Assembly: GCF_044324785.1 (NCBI RefSeq)
Contig: NZ_CP172127.1
Length of the DNA: 64,000 nt
Source: Escherichia coli
GTDB lineage: Bacteria; Pseudomonadota; Gammaproteobacteria; Enterobacterales; Enterobacteriaceae
Reading direction: 5' to 3' (one strand)
The notes under the pieces were generated by a model that saw nothing but the letters and a program-made list of their open reading frames with translations, made no database searches and was not told the DNA's origin. This document shows, piece after piece, positions 21,995 through 30,889 of this stretch (position 1 is the stretch's first letter; the number at the start of each line of letters is the position of its first letter). A program made the position numbers and the translations under genes.

Positions 21995-22792
21995 ATGAAA
22001 CTGGATCTGACAGGTAAAGTCGCGGTAGTCAGCGGCTCAACCTCCGGCATTGGGCAGGGTATCGCCGCCGGACTGGCAAAAGCAGGCGCAACGGTGGTTG
22101 TCGTCGGCCGTAAACAGCGCGGCGTTGATGACGCCATGGCTGCGATTGCGGCACAAACTCCCACGGCGTCACTGCGTGGCGTGGTGGCCGACCTCAGCAC
22201 CGAAGACGGCGTGGCTGCGCTGATCGCTGCAGTCCCAACGGCTGATGTGCTGGTCAATAATCTGGGCATTTTTAACGATAAAGATTTCTTTAGCGTTCCG
22301 GATGATGAGTGGATGCACTTCTATAACGTCAACGTCCTCTCCGGCGTTCGTCTGGCGCGTCACTATGCGCCAGGCATGACGGAACAGGGCTGGGGGCGGA
22401 TTATCTTTGTCTCGTCCGAATCCGGCGTGGCAATCCCTGGCGACATGATCAACTACGGCGTCACCAAAGCCGCGAATCTGGCGGTTTCTCATGGTCTGGC
22501 GAAACGACTGGCGGGGACCGGTGTGACCGTCAACGCCATTCTGCCAGGGCCAACCTTTACCGATGGCCTGAAAGAGATGCTGGCGGATGCCGCTGCACAA
22601 TCGGGACGCAGTGCGCGTGAACAGGCCGATGAGTTTGTTAAAACCTCGCGTCCGAGCTCCATCATCCAGCGTGCGGCGGATGTGGAAGAAGTGGCGAATC
22701 TGGCGGTTTATCTCGCGTCACCGCTTTCCTCGGCAACCACAGGGGCAGCCCTGCGCGTCGATGGTGGCGTCGTCGACACCCTGACTATGTAA
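21995..22792 (+). CDS. Short-chain dehydrogenase/reductase (classical SDR)
   Basis: ORF track 21893..22792; start set at MKLDLTGKVAVVSGSTSGIGQGIA (TGxxxGxG); YGVTK catalytic motif present. Confidence 0.85.
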   Translation: MKLDLTGKVAVVSGSTSGIGQGIAAGLAKAGATVVVVGRKQRGVDDAMAAIAAQTPTASLRGVVADLSTEDGVAALIAAVPTADVLVNNLGIFNDKDFFSVPDDEWMHFYNVNVLSGVRLARHYAPGMTEQGWGRIIFVSSESGVAIPGDMINYGVTKAANLAVSHGLAKRLAGTGVTVNAILPGPTFTDGLKEMLADAAAQSGRSAREQADEFVKTSRPSSIIQRAADVEEVANLAVYLASPLSSATTGAALRVDGGVVDTLTM

Positions 22793-22817
22793 CCCTATAA
22801 ATTAAGAGAAAATTATC

Positions 22818-23234
22818 ATGGCTAAAACAACTGTATCGATCGAAATTCCGGCTTCTGCCGACGCCGTATGGCAATTGATGGGCGGCTTTGATGCGCTGCC
22901 AGACTGGCTGCCGTTCATCCCGAAAAGCGTGGTGACAGAAGGCGGTCGCGTTCGTTCGCTGACAACCTCTGACGGCGGCACTGTGGTTGAACGTCTGGAA
23001 GCGTTTGATAACCGTCAACGCAGTTATACCTATTCCATTATTCAAGCACCGTTCCCAGTGGTGGATTACCTCTCCACCATTACCGTTCATGAAACCGCCG
23101 ACAGCCAGGTTTCCCGTGTGGAATGGTTCGGTGAATTCACCCCGGTGAATGTGACGAACGAAGAGGCCGAAGCGCTGTTTACCGGCATCTATCGGGATGG
23201 TCTCAAGGCGCTGAAGGACAACTTTGTTGCCTGA
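22818..23234 (+). CDS. SRPBCC (Bet v1-like / polyketide cyclase-dehydrase fold) protein
   Basis: ORF track 138 aa; size and composition typical of SRPBCC small-molecule binding proteins; family call from memory only. Confidence 0.6.
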   Translation: MAKTTVSIEIPASADAVWQLMGGFDALPDWLPFIPKSVVTEGGRVRSLTTSDGGTVVERLEAFDNRQRSYTYSIIQAPFPVVDYLSTITVHETADSQVSRVEWFGEFTPVNVTNEEAEALFTGIYRDGLKALKDNFVA

Positions 23235-23391
23235 TGCAATCGACAGGCGTCGGAACGTCCGGCGTCTGATTATTAACAAAAGCAGAATAGTCTATTGTCA
23301 TTTGTATCATTTATGTTATCAGGCAGCAGGCGTATTCTCTTCCCATCGCGTTAATAAACGCCAAACAATTAAGACACTCTGGAATATAAAC

Positions 23392-23604
23392 ATGAAAACG
23401 ATCATCGCAATTTTTACGGCTTCTCTTTTCTCTGTCGCGGCGTTTAACGCATCGGCGCAAAGCGTGACAGCAACCGGTACAACACTGGATTCTGCGGAAG
23501 CAGTTATTGCGCAGAAAGCGAAAGAGATGAACGCCTCTGAATACAAAATCACCAGCGCTCGCATGGGCAATACCGTCACCATGAGTGCCGAACTGTACAA
23601 ATAA
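23392..23604 (+). CDS. Small secreted DUF1471 (YdgH/BhsA/McbA-like) protein
   Basis: Internal start MKTIIAIFTASLFSVAAFNASAQ (signal peptide) within ORF track 23224..23604; 70 aa. Confidence 0.6.
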   Translation: MKTIIAIFTASLFSVAAFNASAQSVTATGTTLDSAEAVIAQKAKEMNASEYKITSARMGNTVTMSAELYK

Positions 23605-23652
23605 CCGCGCAAGGGACCCATTACGTAATTTGCTAAATATGCGCTGAATGCG

Positions 23653-23838
23653 TTGCCATTAAAAAACCGTATTGTAATGCCACCGATGACACGTTCCCGT
23701 GCGGGTGACGTTGCGACTGACATGATGGCGGACTATTACGCGCAGCGCGCTAGTGCAGGACTTATCATCAGCGAAGGTACGCAAATCAGCAGAAGCGCTG
23801 CGCATAATTTTCCACGGCCCGCTGATTTACTCCGGTAA
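23653..23838 (+). pseudogene. Remnant of an Old Yellow Enzyme (NemA-like NADH:flavin oxidoreductase) N-terminus
   Basis: ...LKNRIVMPPMTRSRAGDVATDMMADYYAQRASAGLIISEGTQIS resembles the OYE N-terminal region, then the frame terminates after about 60 codons. Confidence 0.5.
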
Positions 23839-23916
23839 ATAGACCAAAGCGCGCGCAGAAGCGGACTGTCAGATTTGATTGCATTCTGGCTACGCAACTG
23901 GTCGGTTGGAGTATGA

Positions 23917-24677
23917 AGCACCGAATATCAGAAACGTAACGAAACCAACGAACTGTTTATTCCACCTGGACCGTGTCTGGGCGACAAAGTGCTGGAAGTC
24001 AGCAACCTGCGTAAATCCTATGGCGATCGTCTGCTGATTGACTCCCTGAGCTTCTCGATCCCGAAAGGAGCGATCGTCGGGATCATCGGTCCGAACGGTA
24101 CGGGCAAATCGACGTTGTTCCGTATGATCTCTGGTCAGGAACAGCCGGACAGCGGCACCATCACTCTGGGTGAAACGGTGAAACTGGCATCGGTTGATCA
24201 GTTCCGTGACTCAATGGATAACCGCAAAGCCGTTTGGGAAGAAGTTTCCGGCGGGCTGGATATCATGAAGATCGGCAACACCGAGATGCCAAGCCGCGCC
24301 TACGTTGGCCGCTTTAACTTTAAGGTAAACGCGTTGGTGAACTTTCCGGTGGTGAGCGCGGTCGTCTGCATCTGGCGAAGCTGCTGCAGGTTGGCGGCAA
24401 CATGCTGCTGCTCGACGAACCAACTAACGACCTGAATATCGAAACCCTGCGCGCGCTGGAAAACGCCCTACTGGAGTTCCCGGGCTGTGCGATGGTTATC
24501 TCGCACGACCGTTGGTTCCTCGACCGTATCGCCACGCACATCCTGGACTACCAGGATGAAGGTAAAGTTGAGTTCTTCGAAGGTAACTTTACCGAGTACG
24601 AAGAGTACAAAAAACGCACGCTGGGCGCAGACGCGCTGGAGCCGAAGCGTATCAAGTACAAGCGTATTGCGAAGTAA
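23917..24677 (+). pseudogene. ettA: Frameshifted duplicate of the ettA 3' half
   Basis: Near-identical to ettA 19015-19788 but with a ~13-nt deletion near 24318; ORF track splits it into 23989..24435 and 24402..24677. Confidence 0.85.
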
Positions 24678-24776
24678 TGCGTAAAATGCCGGGTGCGGCG
24701 CGCCAGCATCGCATCCGGTATTAGTTAAATGATTAATGGGAGGCAAGTTCCCGGAAAAAGGCAGGATTTTCTTTAA
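23917..24776 (+). repeat. Right copy of the ~0.86 kb direct repeat (ettA 3' fragment, REP, and the true 3' end of the antitoxin gene)
   Basis: Aligns by eye to 19015-19876 with point differences and two small indels. Confidence 0.85.
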
Positions 24777-25017
24777 TTGTGGCAAGTACTTTTGCAGCCA
24801 ATCCCGTAGGATTTCTTCGCTTCGATTCCCAGCTTTTAATGGTATCCACACTGGTTCCCAGAGCTTTTGCCATCTCACTTTGAGAAACGTTGAGTTGCTC
24901 ACGAATAGCTTTAACATCCGCAATTTCGTAGCGGGTCACCCGTGCAGGTTCTTTTAAACCTTGTTTAATCTCGACAGCCTCTTCCAGAGAGGTTTTCAAC
25001 TCATCAAAAAAACTCAT
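24733..25017 (-). CDS. XRE-family HTH antitoxin (HigA-like)
   Basis: ORF track 94 aa, MSFFDELKTSLEEAVEIKQGLKEPARVTRYEIADVKAIREQLNVSQSEMAKALGTSVDTIKSWE...; starts 1 nt after the toxin stop. Confidence 0.75.
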   Translation of the reverse strand: MSFFDELKTSLEEAVEIKQGLKEPARVTRYEIADVKAIREQLNVSQSEMAKALGTSVDTIKSWESKRRNPTGLAAKVLATIKENPAFFRELASH

Positions 25018-25018
25018 T

Positions 25019-25351
25019 TTATACCTCGCCTTTGAGCAGTTTCGTCAACTTCTTTAGTTGAGCTTTTTCCGTATCTGTCAGACTATCTTTGGCATTTTTC
25101 GGATAGGCCATAATCAAATAAATAATCTCTTCCGTCGCCAGAAAGTAAATTATTCTGACACTGCCACTTTTTCCCTGTGAACCCGCAGCCATTCGGACTT
25201 TACGCAATCCACCAGTCTGCTGAATGAGATCACCTTTATCGGGAGTTCCGATGAGTTCTTTTTGTAATTCCTTTAATTCATCATCGGTTGCAATCTGCTT
25301 GATCTGACGCGTAAACATTGGCGTCTCTATAAATATTATCGCCTTGCCCAT
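25019..25351 (-). CDS. RelE/ParE-superfamily toxin, HigB-2-like
   Basis: ORF track 25019..25429; start set at MGKAIIFIETPMFTRQIK... with GGAGG upstream; GGLRKVRMA...GSVRIIYF motif region resembles HigB-2 toxins. Confidence 0.7.
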   Translation of the reverse strand: MGKAIIFIETPMFTRQIKQIATDDELKELQKELIGTPDKGDLIQQTGGLRKVRMAAGSQGKSGSVRIIYFLATEEIIYLIMAYPKNAKDSLTDTEKAQLKKLTKLLKGEV

Positions 25352-25367
25352 CCCCCCTCCCTGGCAG

Positions 25368-25402
25368 GTACATTGTACACCGAAATGGAGTACTAAGTAC
25401 AC
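25368..25402 (-). promoter_or_regulatory. Two GTAC-N3-GTACAC motifs 22 bp apart upstream of the toxin gene; candidate autoregulatory operators
   Basis: gtacattgtacac (25368-25380) and gtactaagtacac (25390-25402) read directly in the 90-bp nadR-toxin spacer. Confidence 0.45.
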
Positions 25403-25442
25403 TTTTGAATTAGTAATCCCACTCAACATCTTATAAAGATGA

Positions 25443-26675
25443 TTATCCCTGCTCCCCCATCATCTCCCGCACCAGCTCCACACAGCGCAGGAAACGGCTG
25501 TCGTAATCGTCCTCTTCAACCCGCACAAATTCGATATTGTTCTCTTCCAGCATCTCTACCAGCAAGTTCTGGAACTCTTTGCGATCCACCGAACTACCGA
25601 GGCTGCGTAAACCATCCGCCACCCACGGGGTGTTGTTCTCCAGCAAGATAACCAGATCAAAACGGTATTCATCGATCAGCGCCTGCACGAACGGATGCTC
25701 CCGCCCTTCGTACTTTTTGCAGAACGCCTGGGTAGTGACAAAATCAGTGTCGATAAACGCCACTTTATTGGCATATTTCACTGCAAAATCAATGTATTGA
25801 GCGTGTCCCAGCGCGATTTTATCGTAGTCGGAATACTGCAATGCGATCTCATCACCGCCAAGGTGTGAAAAGACATAATCGCGACCATATTCCCATGCAC
25901 TGGTAGTGTTGAAGATATTAGCAAGTTTGTTTACCAGGGTGGATTTACCGCTCGACTCGCCGCCAAGGATCGCCACGGTACGCACAAAGAACGGCTTCAC
26001 TTCGGTGGGAATATATTCCCAGTAGCGGAACGGGTTTTCGCGGATCTGCGCACCGCTGATACTCATAAAGGTACGCTTCGGATCGACCAGCACCGTCTCG
26101 ATCCCCAGATGTTCCATATACTGTGGCGCATCGGCTTCTTCCGAGGTGTAGATCAGGTCCGGCTGGATCCCCTTTTCAGCCATAAACTTTTTGATGCCGT
26201 TGCTCCACACATCCCAGCCGTGCGGATATGGCTCCATGCCCTCTTCGTTGAAAGCATGAATACGGATATTTTTCTGATATTTAAAGGTTTGCAATAACCA
26301 GCGCAGACGATCCGGCACGGTGGGCTGCTGCGACATGGCGCTGTCTTCAAACAACGCGCGGTCGCGGGTATCGTCAAAACCCATAATGATATGCAGCTCG
26401 TCAACCTGGCTACAGGCGCGCTGGATAAGGTAGATATGTCCGGTATGTAGCGGGTAGAACTTACCGAATACGACACCAATGGTTTTCTTCTGTCGGGGAA
26501 ATTCAAGCCCCAAAAAACGGTGCAACGCCTCCAGTTTTTGCGCGCTGGGGCTTTTAATTTTGGCATTCAGTAACTGGCTTAAATACCCTTTGGTCATACC
26601 GCTGGCATCAGCTACCTGCTGTAGCGTGCAGCCCTGTTGCTTGATGGCAGTTTTCAGGTAATCAAATGACGACAT
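25443..26675 (-). CDS. nadR: Trifunctional NAD biosynthesis regulator / NMN adenylyltransferase / ribosylnicotinamide kinase NadR
   Basis: ORF track 25443..26696; start set at MSSFDYLKTAIKQQGCTLQQVADASGMTKGYLSQLL (410 aa). Confidence 0.95.
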   Translation of the reverse strand: MSSFDYLKTAIKQQGCTLQQVADASGMTKGYLSQLLNAKIKSPSAQKLEALHRFLGLEFPRQKKTIGVVFGKFYPLHTGHIYLIQRACSQVDELHIIMGFDDTRDRALFEDSAMSQQPTVPDRLRWLLQTFKYQKNIRIHAFNEEGMEPYPHGWDVWSNGIKKFMAEKGIQPDLIYTSEEADAPQYMEHLGIETVLVDPKRTFMSISGAQIRENPFRYWEYIPTEVKPFFVRTVAILGGESSGKSTLVNKLANIFNTTSAWEYGRDYVFSHLGGDEIALQYSDYDKIALGHAQYIDFAVKYANKVAFIDTDFVTTQAFCKKYEGREHPFVQALIDEYRFDLVILLENNTPWVADGLRSLGSSVDRKEFQNLLVEMLEENNIEFVRVEEDDYDSRFLRCVELVREMMGEQG

Positions 26676-26695
26676 ATCTCCCTCCGTATCTCTCA

Positions 26696-28078
26696 TTATA
26701 AGTCGTCGAACACGCTAAGCGCGTCGGAGAGTTTTTTAACGCCAAAAATCTGCATCCCTTCCGGCGCTTTTTTCGGCACGTTAGCCGCCGGAACAATCGC
26801 CCGGCGAAAACCGTGTTTCGCCGCTTCAGAGATTCGTTCCTGACCGCTGGGCACCGGGCGGATCTCCCCTGCCAGCCCGACTTCACCAAACACCACCAGA
26901 TCCTGTGGCAGCGGTCTGTCGCGCAGGCTGGAAACCATCGCCAGCAGTAACGCTAAGTCGGCGCTGGTTTCGGTTACCTTCACGCCGCCGACCACGTTCA
27001 CAAACACATCCTGATCGGCCATTTGCAGACCACCGTGACGGTGCAAGACAGCCAGCAGGATTGCCAGACGGTTTTGTTCCAGCCCCACTGCCACGCGGCG
27101 CGGATTCGCCATCATCGAGTGATCGACCAGCGCCTGAATCTCCACCAGCAACGGACGCGTTCCTTCCCACACCACCATCACTGAGCTACCGGAGGTCACT
27201 TCATCACCGCGGCTTAAAAAGATGGCGGAAGGGTTGCTGACTTCACGCAGCCCCTGTTCGGTCATCGCGAAGACGCCCAGCTCATTCACCGCGCCGAAGC
27301 GGTTTTTATGGCTGCGTAAGGTGCGAAAACGGGAGTCGGCATCGCCATCCAGAAGCACCGAACAGTCAATACAGTGTTCCAGCACTTTAGGGCCAGCCAG
27401 CGAACCATCTTTGGTTACGTGCCCAACCATGACAATCGCCACGCCGCGCGTTTTGGCGAAGCGCGTCAGATAAGCCGCCGTTTCACGCACCTGCGCCACG
27501 CTGCCAGGCGATGATTGTACATCCGCCATATGCATCACCTGAATGGAGTCAATTACCATCAGCTTCGGTTGCTCTTCTTCGGCAATCAGGCAGATTTGCT
27601 CGATGCTGGTTTCCGACAACATATTGAGATTGTCAGTCGGCAGGCCAAGGCGATGAGCGCGCATTGCCACCTGTTGCAGCGACTCTTCGCCGGTGACATA
27701 CAGCGTTTTCATCTGCTGCGCCAGTTTGCACAGCGTTTGCAGCAACAGCGTGGATTTCCCCGCACCTGGGTTACCGCCAATCAGAATGGCGCTTCCCGGC
27801 ACCACCCCGCCGCCTAATACGCGGTCGAACTCTTTAAATCCGGTGGAAAAACGCGGCAGCTCTTCAAGGCTGATGTCGGAAAGTTTCTGGACTTTTGCCA
27901 CCCCGGCGCTACCGGCATAGCCACTGAGACGCTCGTTACGCGCCACCGTTGGTGACGCGGCAAGACGCACCTCGGTGATGGTGTTCCAGGCATGACAGGC
28001 ACTGCACTGTCCCTGCCAGCGCGGATAATCGGCCCCGCATTCATTACAAACAAAGGCGCGTTTTGGAGCTTTTGCCAC
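26696..28078 (-). CDS. radA: DNA repair protein RadA (Sms)
   Basis: ORF track 26696..28126; start set at the GTG codon giving (M)AKAPKRAFVCNECGADYPRWQGQCSACHAWNT (460 aa). Confidence 0.95.
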   Translation of the reverse strand: MAKAPKRAFVCNECGADYPRWQGQCSACHAWNTITEVRLAASPTVARNERLSGYAGSAGVAKVQKLSDISLEELPRFSTGFKEFDRVLGGGVVPGSAILIGGNPGAGKSTLLLQTLCKLAQQMKTLYVTGEESLQQVAMRAHRLGLPTDNLNMLSETSIEQICLIAEEEQPKLMVIDSIQVMHMADVQSSPGSVAQVRETAAYLTRFAKTRGVAIVMVGHVTKDGSLAGPKVLEHCIDCSVLLDGDADSRFRTLRSHKNRFGAVNELGVFAMTEQGLREVSNPSAIFLSRGDEVTSGSSVMVVWEGTRPLLVEIQALVDHSMMANPRRVAVGLEQNRLAILLAVLHRHGGLQMADQDVFVNVVGGVKVTETSADLALLLAMVSSLRDRPLPQDLVVFGEVGLAGEIRPVPSGQERISEAAKHGFRRAIVPAANVPKKAPEGMQIFGVKKLSDALSVFDDL

Positions 28079-28126
28079 GGTGTACCTCGTTAATGCTGTG
28101 CCGCCCGCAGGATGACGGGCGAGCAA

Positions 28127-29095
28127 TTACTTCTGATTCAGGCTGCCAGAGAGGATGCAGAATACCCCCATCAGGTCAGCGTGACGGATGGTGACTTCCG
28201 TCTTTTCATTCACTTTTGGCTTGGCATGGTAGGCAATCCCCAGCCCTGCCGCTTTGATCATCGGCAGGTCATTGGCTCCATCACCAATCGCCACGGTCTG
28301 CGCCAGCGGGATTTCATACTCCTGCGCGAGGCGAGTCAGAGTTTTCGCTTTGTACTGCGCGTCAACGATGTCGCCGATCACATTGCCGGTAAATTTACCG
28401 TCCATGATCTCCAGTTCATTGGCTACCACGGCTGTCAGGCGCAGCTTGTCGCGCAGGTATTCAGCAAAGAAAGTAAAGCCGCCGGAGGCAATCGCCACTT
28501 TCCAGCCCAGCGTTTCCAGCTTGAGTACCAGCTGCGTTAAGCCTGGCATCAGCGGCAGATTTTCACGCACCTGTTGCAGGATATTGGCGTCAGCGCCTTT
28601 CAGCGTCGCCACACGGCTGCGCAGGCTGGCGGTAAAATCGAGTTCGCCGCGCATCGCCCGTTCGGTTACCTCCGCCACCATCTCGCCCGTTCCGGCCAGT
28701 TTGGCAATTTCATCAATACATTCAATCTGGATGGCGGTGGAATCCATGTCCATCACCAGCAAACCTGGCGTGCGCAGGTGCGGGATTTTCCCCAGCGGCG
28801 CGACATCCAGCTGCGCTTCGTGGGCCAGGCGCGTAGCCCGCGCGGTGAGTGAACCTGCCAGACGAATCACCTGATAATCTTCCACGCACCAGGCGGCAAC
28901 AATCACCATAGCCGCGCCCAGTTTGCTCTGGTATTGGGTCAGACGTTGTTTATCCAGCCCACGACCATACAGCAGCCAGCCGCTACGACCTGCGTGGTAA
29001 TCCAGTGGCATCACTTCATCACCACTTAATGAAAGAGGCAGACCCGGCCATAAAGAGACATCTTCAGGCAGGTCGCACCAGGTAATGTTAGGCAT
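28127..29095 (-). CDS. serB: Phosphoserine phosphatase
   Basis: ORF track 28127..29233; start set at MPNITWCDLPEDVSLWPGLPLSLSGDEV (322 aa). Confidence 0.95.
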   Translation of the reverse strand: MPNITWCDLPEDVSLWPGLPLSLSGDEVMPLDYHAGRSGWLLYGRGLDKQRLTQYQSKLGAAMVIVAAWCVEDYQVIRLAGSLTARATRLAHEAQLDVAPLGKIPHLRTPGLLVMDMDSTAIQIECIDEIAKLAGTGEMVAEVTERAMRGELDFTASLRSRVATLKGADANILQQVRENLPLMPGLTQLVLKLETLGWKVAIASGGFTFFAEYLRDKLRLTAVVANELEIMDGKFTGNVIGDIVDAQYKAKTLTRLAQEYEIPLAQTVAIGDGANDLPMIKAAGLGIAYHAKPKVNEKTEVTIRHADLMGVFCILSGSLNQK

Positions 29096-29200
29096 TAAAG
29101 CTCCTGTAAAATCGTTCGAAGCAGGGAAAATAACGCATGAGGCTACCTTGTATCCATTGCTTCTGGCAACATTAAGTCTCAAATTTTCAAAGGGTGGAAG

Positions 29201-29845
29201 ATGGCTCGCACAAAACTGAAATTCCGGCTGCATCGGGCAGTGATTGTCCTGTTCTGTCTTGCCTTGTTAGTGGCGCTGATGCAGGGAGCGTCATGGTTTA
29301 GTCAAAACCACCAGCGACAGCGTAATCCGCAGCTGGAAGAACTGGCCCGCACCCTGGCGCGTCAGGTAACCCTGAACGTTGCACCGCTGATGCGTACCGA
29401 CTCGCCGGATGAAAAACGCATTCAGGCGATCCTCGATCAGTTAACGGATGAAAGCCGTATCCTCGACGCGGGTGTGTATGACGAACAAGGCGATCTTATC
29501 GCACGTTCTGGCGAAAGCGTCGAAGTGCGCGACCGGCTGGCGCTCGACGGTAAAAAAGCAGGCGGCTATTTTAACCAGCAGATTGTCGAACCGATTGCCG
29601 GGAAAAACGGACCGCTCGGCTATCTGCGCCTGACGCTCGACACCCATACGCTCGCCACCGAAGCCCAACAGGTGGATAACACCACTAACATTTTACGCCT
29701 GATGTTGCTGCTCTCACTGGCAATCGGCGTAGTGCTGACCCGCACGCTGCTACAGGGTAAACGCACCCGCTGGCAGCAATCGCCCTTCCTGTTAACCGCC
29801 AGCAAACCGGTGCCGGAAGAGGAAGAAAGCGAGAAAAAAGAGTGA
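29201..29845 (+). CDS. ytjB: Membrane protein Smp (YtjB)
   Basis: ORF track 214 aa, MARTKLKFRLHRAVIVLFCLALLVALMQGASWFSQ... Confidence 0.9.
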   Translation: MARTKLKFRLHRAVIVLFCLALLVALMQGASWFSQNHQRQRNPQLEELARTLARQVTLNVAPLMRTDSPDEKRIQAILDQLTDESRILDAGVYDEQGDLIARSGESVEVRDRLALDGKKAGGYFNQQIVEPIAGKNGPLGYLRLTLDTHTLATEAQQVDNTTNILRLMLLLSLAIGVVLTRTLLQGKRTRWQQSPFLLTASKPVPEEEESEKKE

Positions 29846-29872
29846 CCCATTACTACAAGAAAGGAAATCGTT

Positions 29873-30889
29873 ATGTCCACATTACGCCTGCTCATCTCTG
29901 ACTCTTACGACCCATGGTTTAACCTGGCGGTGGAGGAGTGTATTTTTCGCCAGATGCCCGCCACGCAGCGCGTTCTGTTTCTCTGGCGCAATGCCGACAC
30001 GGTAGTGATTGGTCGCGCGCAGAACCCGTGGAAAGAGTGTAATACCCGGCGGATGGAAGAAGATAACGTCCGCCTGGCGCGGCGCAGTAGCGGCGGTGGC
30101 GCGGTGTTCCACGATCTCGGTAATACCTGCTTTACCTTTATGGCTGGCAAGCCGGAGTACGATAAAACCATCTCCACGTCGATTGTACTCAATGCTCTGA
30201 ACGCGCTCGGCGTCAGCGCCGAAGCGTCCGGACGTAACGATCTGGTGGTGAAAACCGCCGAAGGCGACCGCAAAGTCTCAGGCTCAGCCTATCGCGAAAC
30301 CAAAGATCGCGGCTTCCATCACGGCACCTTGCTACTCAATGCTGACCTTAGCCGTCTGGCAAACTATCTCAACCCGGATAAAAAGAAACTGGCGGCGAAA
30401 GGCATTACGTCGGTACGTTCCCGCGTGACCAACCTCACCGAGCTGCTGCCGGGGATCACCCATGAGCAGGTTTGCGAGGCGATTCGAGAGGCCTTTTTCG
30501 CCCATTATGGCGAGCGCGTGGAAGCGGAAATCATCTCCCCGGACAAAACGCCAGACTTGCCGAACTTCGCCGAAACCTTTGCCCGTCAGAGTAGCTGGGA
30601 GTGGAACTTCGGTCAGGCTCCGGCGTTCTCACATCTGCTGGATGAACGCTTCACCTGGGGCGGCGTAGAACTGCATTTCGACGTTGAAAAAGGCCATATC
30701 ACCCGCGCCCAGGTGTTTACCGACAGCCTCAACCCCGCGCCGCTGGAAGCCCTCGCCGGGCGACTGCAAGGCTGCCTGTACCGCGCGGATATGCTGCAAC
30801 AGGAGTGCGAAGCGCTGTTGGTTGACTTCCCGGAACAGGAAAAAGAGCTACGGGAGTTGTCTGCGTGGATAGCGGGGGCGGTGCGGTAG
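29873..30889 (+). CDS. lplA: Lipoate-protein ligase A
   Basis: ORF track 338 aa, [57 protein letters not shown]... Confidence 0.97.
   Translation: MSTLRLLISDSYDPWFNLAVEECIFRQMPATQRVLFLWRNADTVVIGRAQNPWKECNTRRMEEDNVRLARRSSGGGAVFHDLGNTCFTFMAGKPEYDKTISTSIVLNALNALGVSAEASGRNDLVVKTAEGDRKVSGSAYRETKDRGFHHGTLLLNADLSRLANYLNPDKKKLAAKGITSVRSRVTNLTELLPGITHEQVCEAIREAFFAHYGERVEAEIISPDKTPDLPNFAETFARQSSWEWNFGQAPAFSHLLDERFTWGGVELHFDVEKGHITRAQVFTDSLNPAPLEALAGRLQGCLYRADMLQQECEALLVDFPEQEKELRELSAWIAGAVR

Noticed and set aside
23224-23604. 126-aa long form of the DUF1471 ORF
   Set aside because: The N-terminal 56 residues overlap the SRPBCC gene end and lack signal-peptide character; the internal Met at 23392 gives a canonical signal peptide, so the short form was chosen.
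24468-24923. 151-aa minus-strand ORF overlapping the ettA duplicate and the antitoxin gene
   Set aside because: Different frame from the HTH antitoxin (24733..25017) and antisense to the ettA fragment; explained as an overlap artefact.
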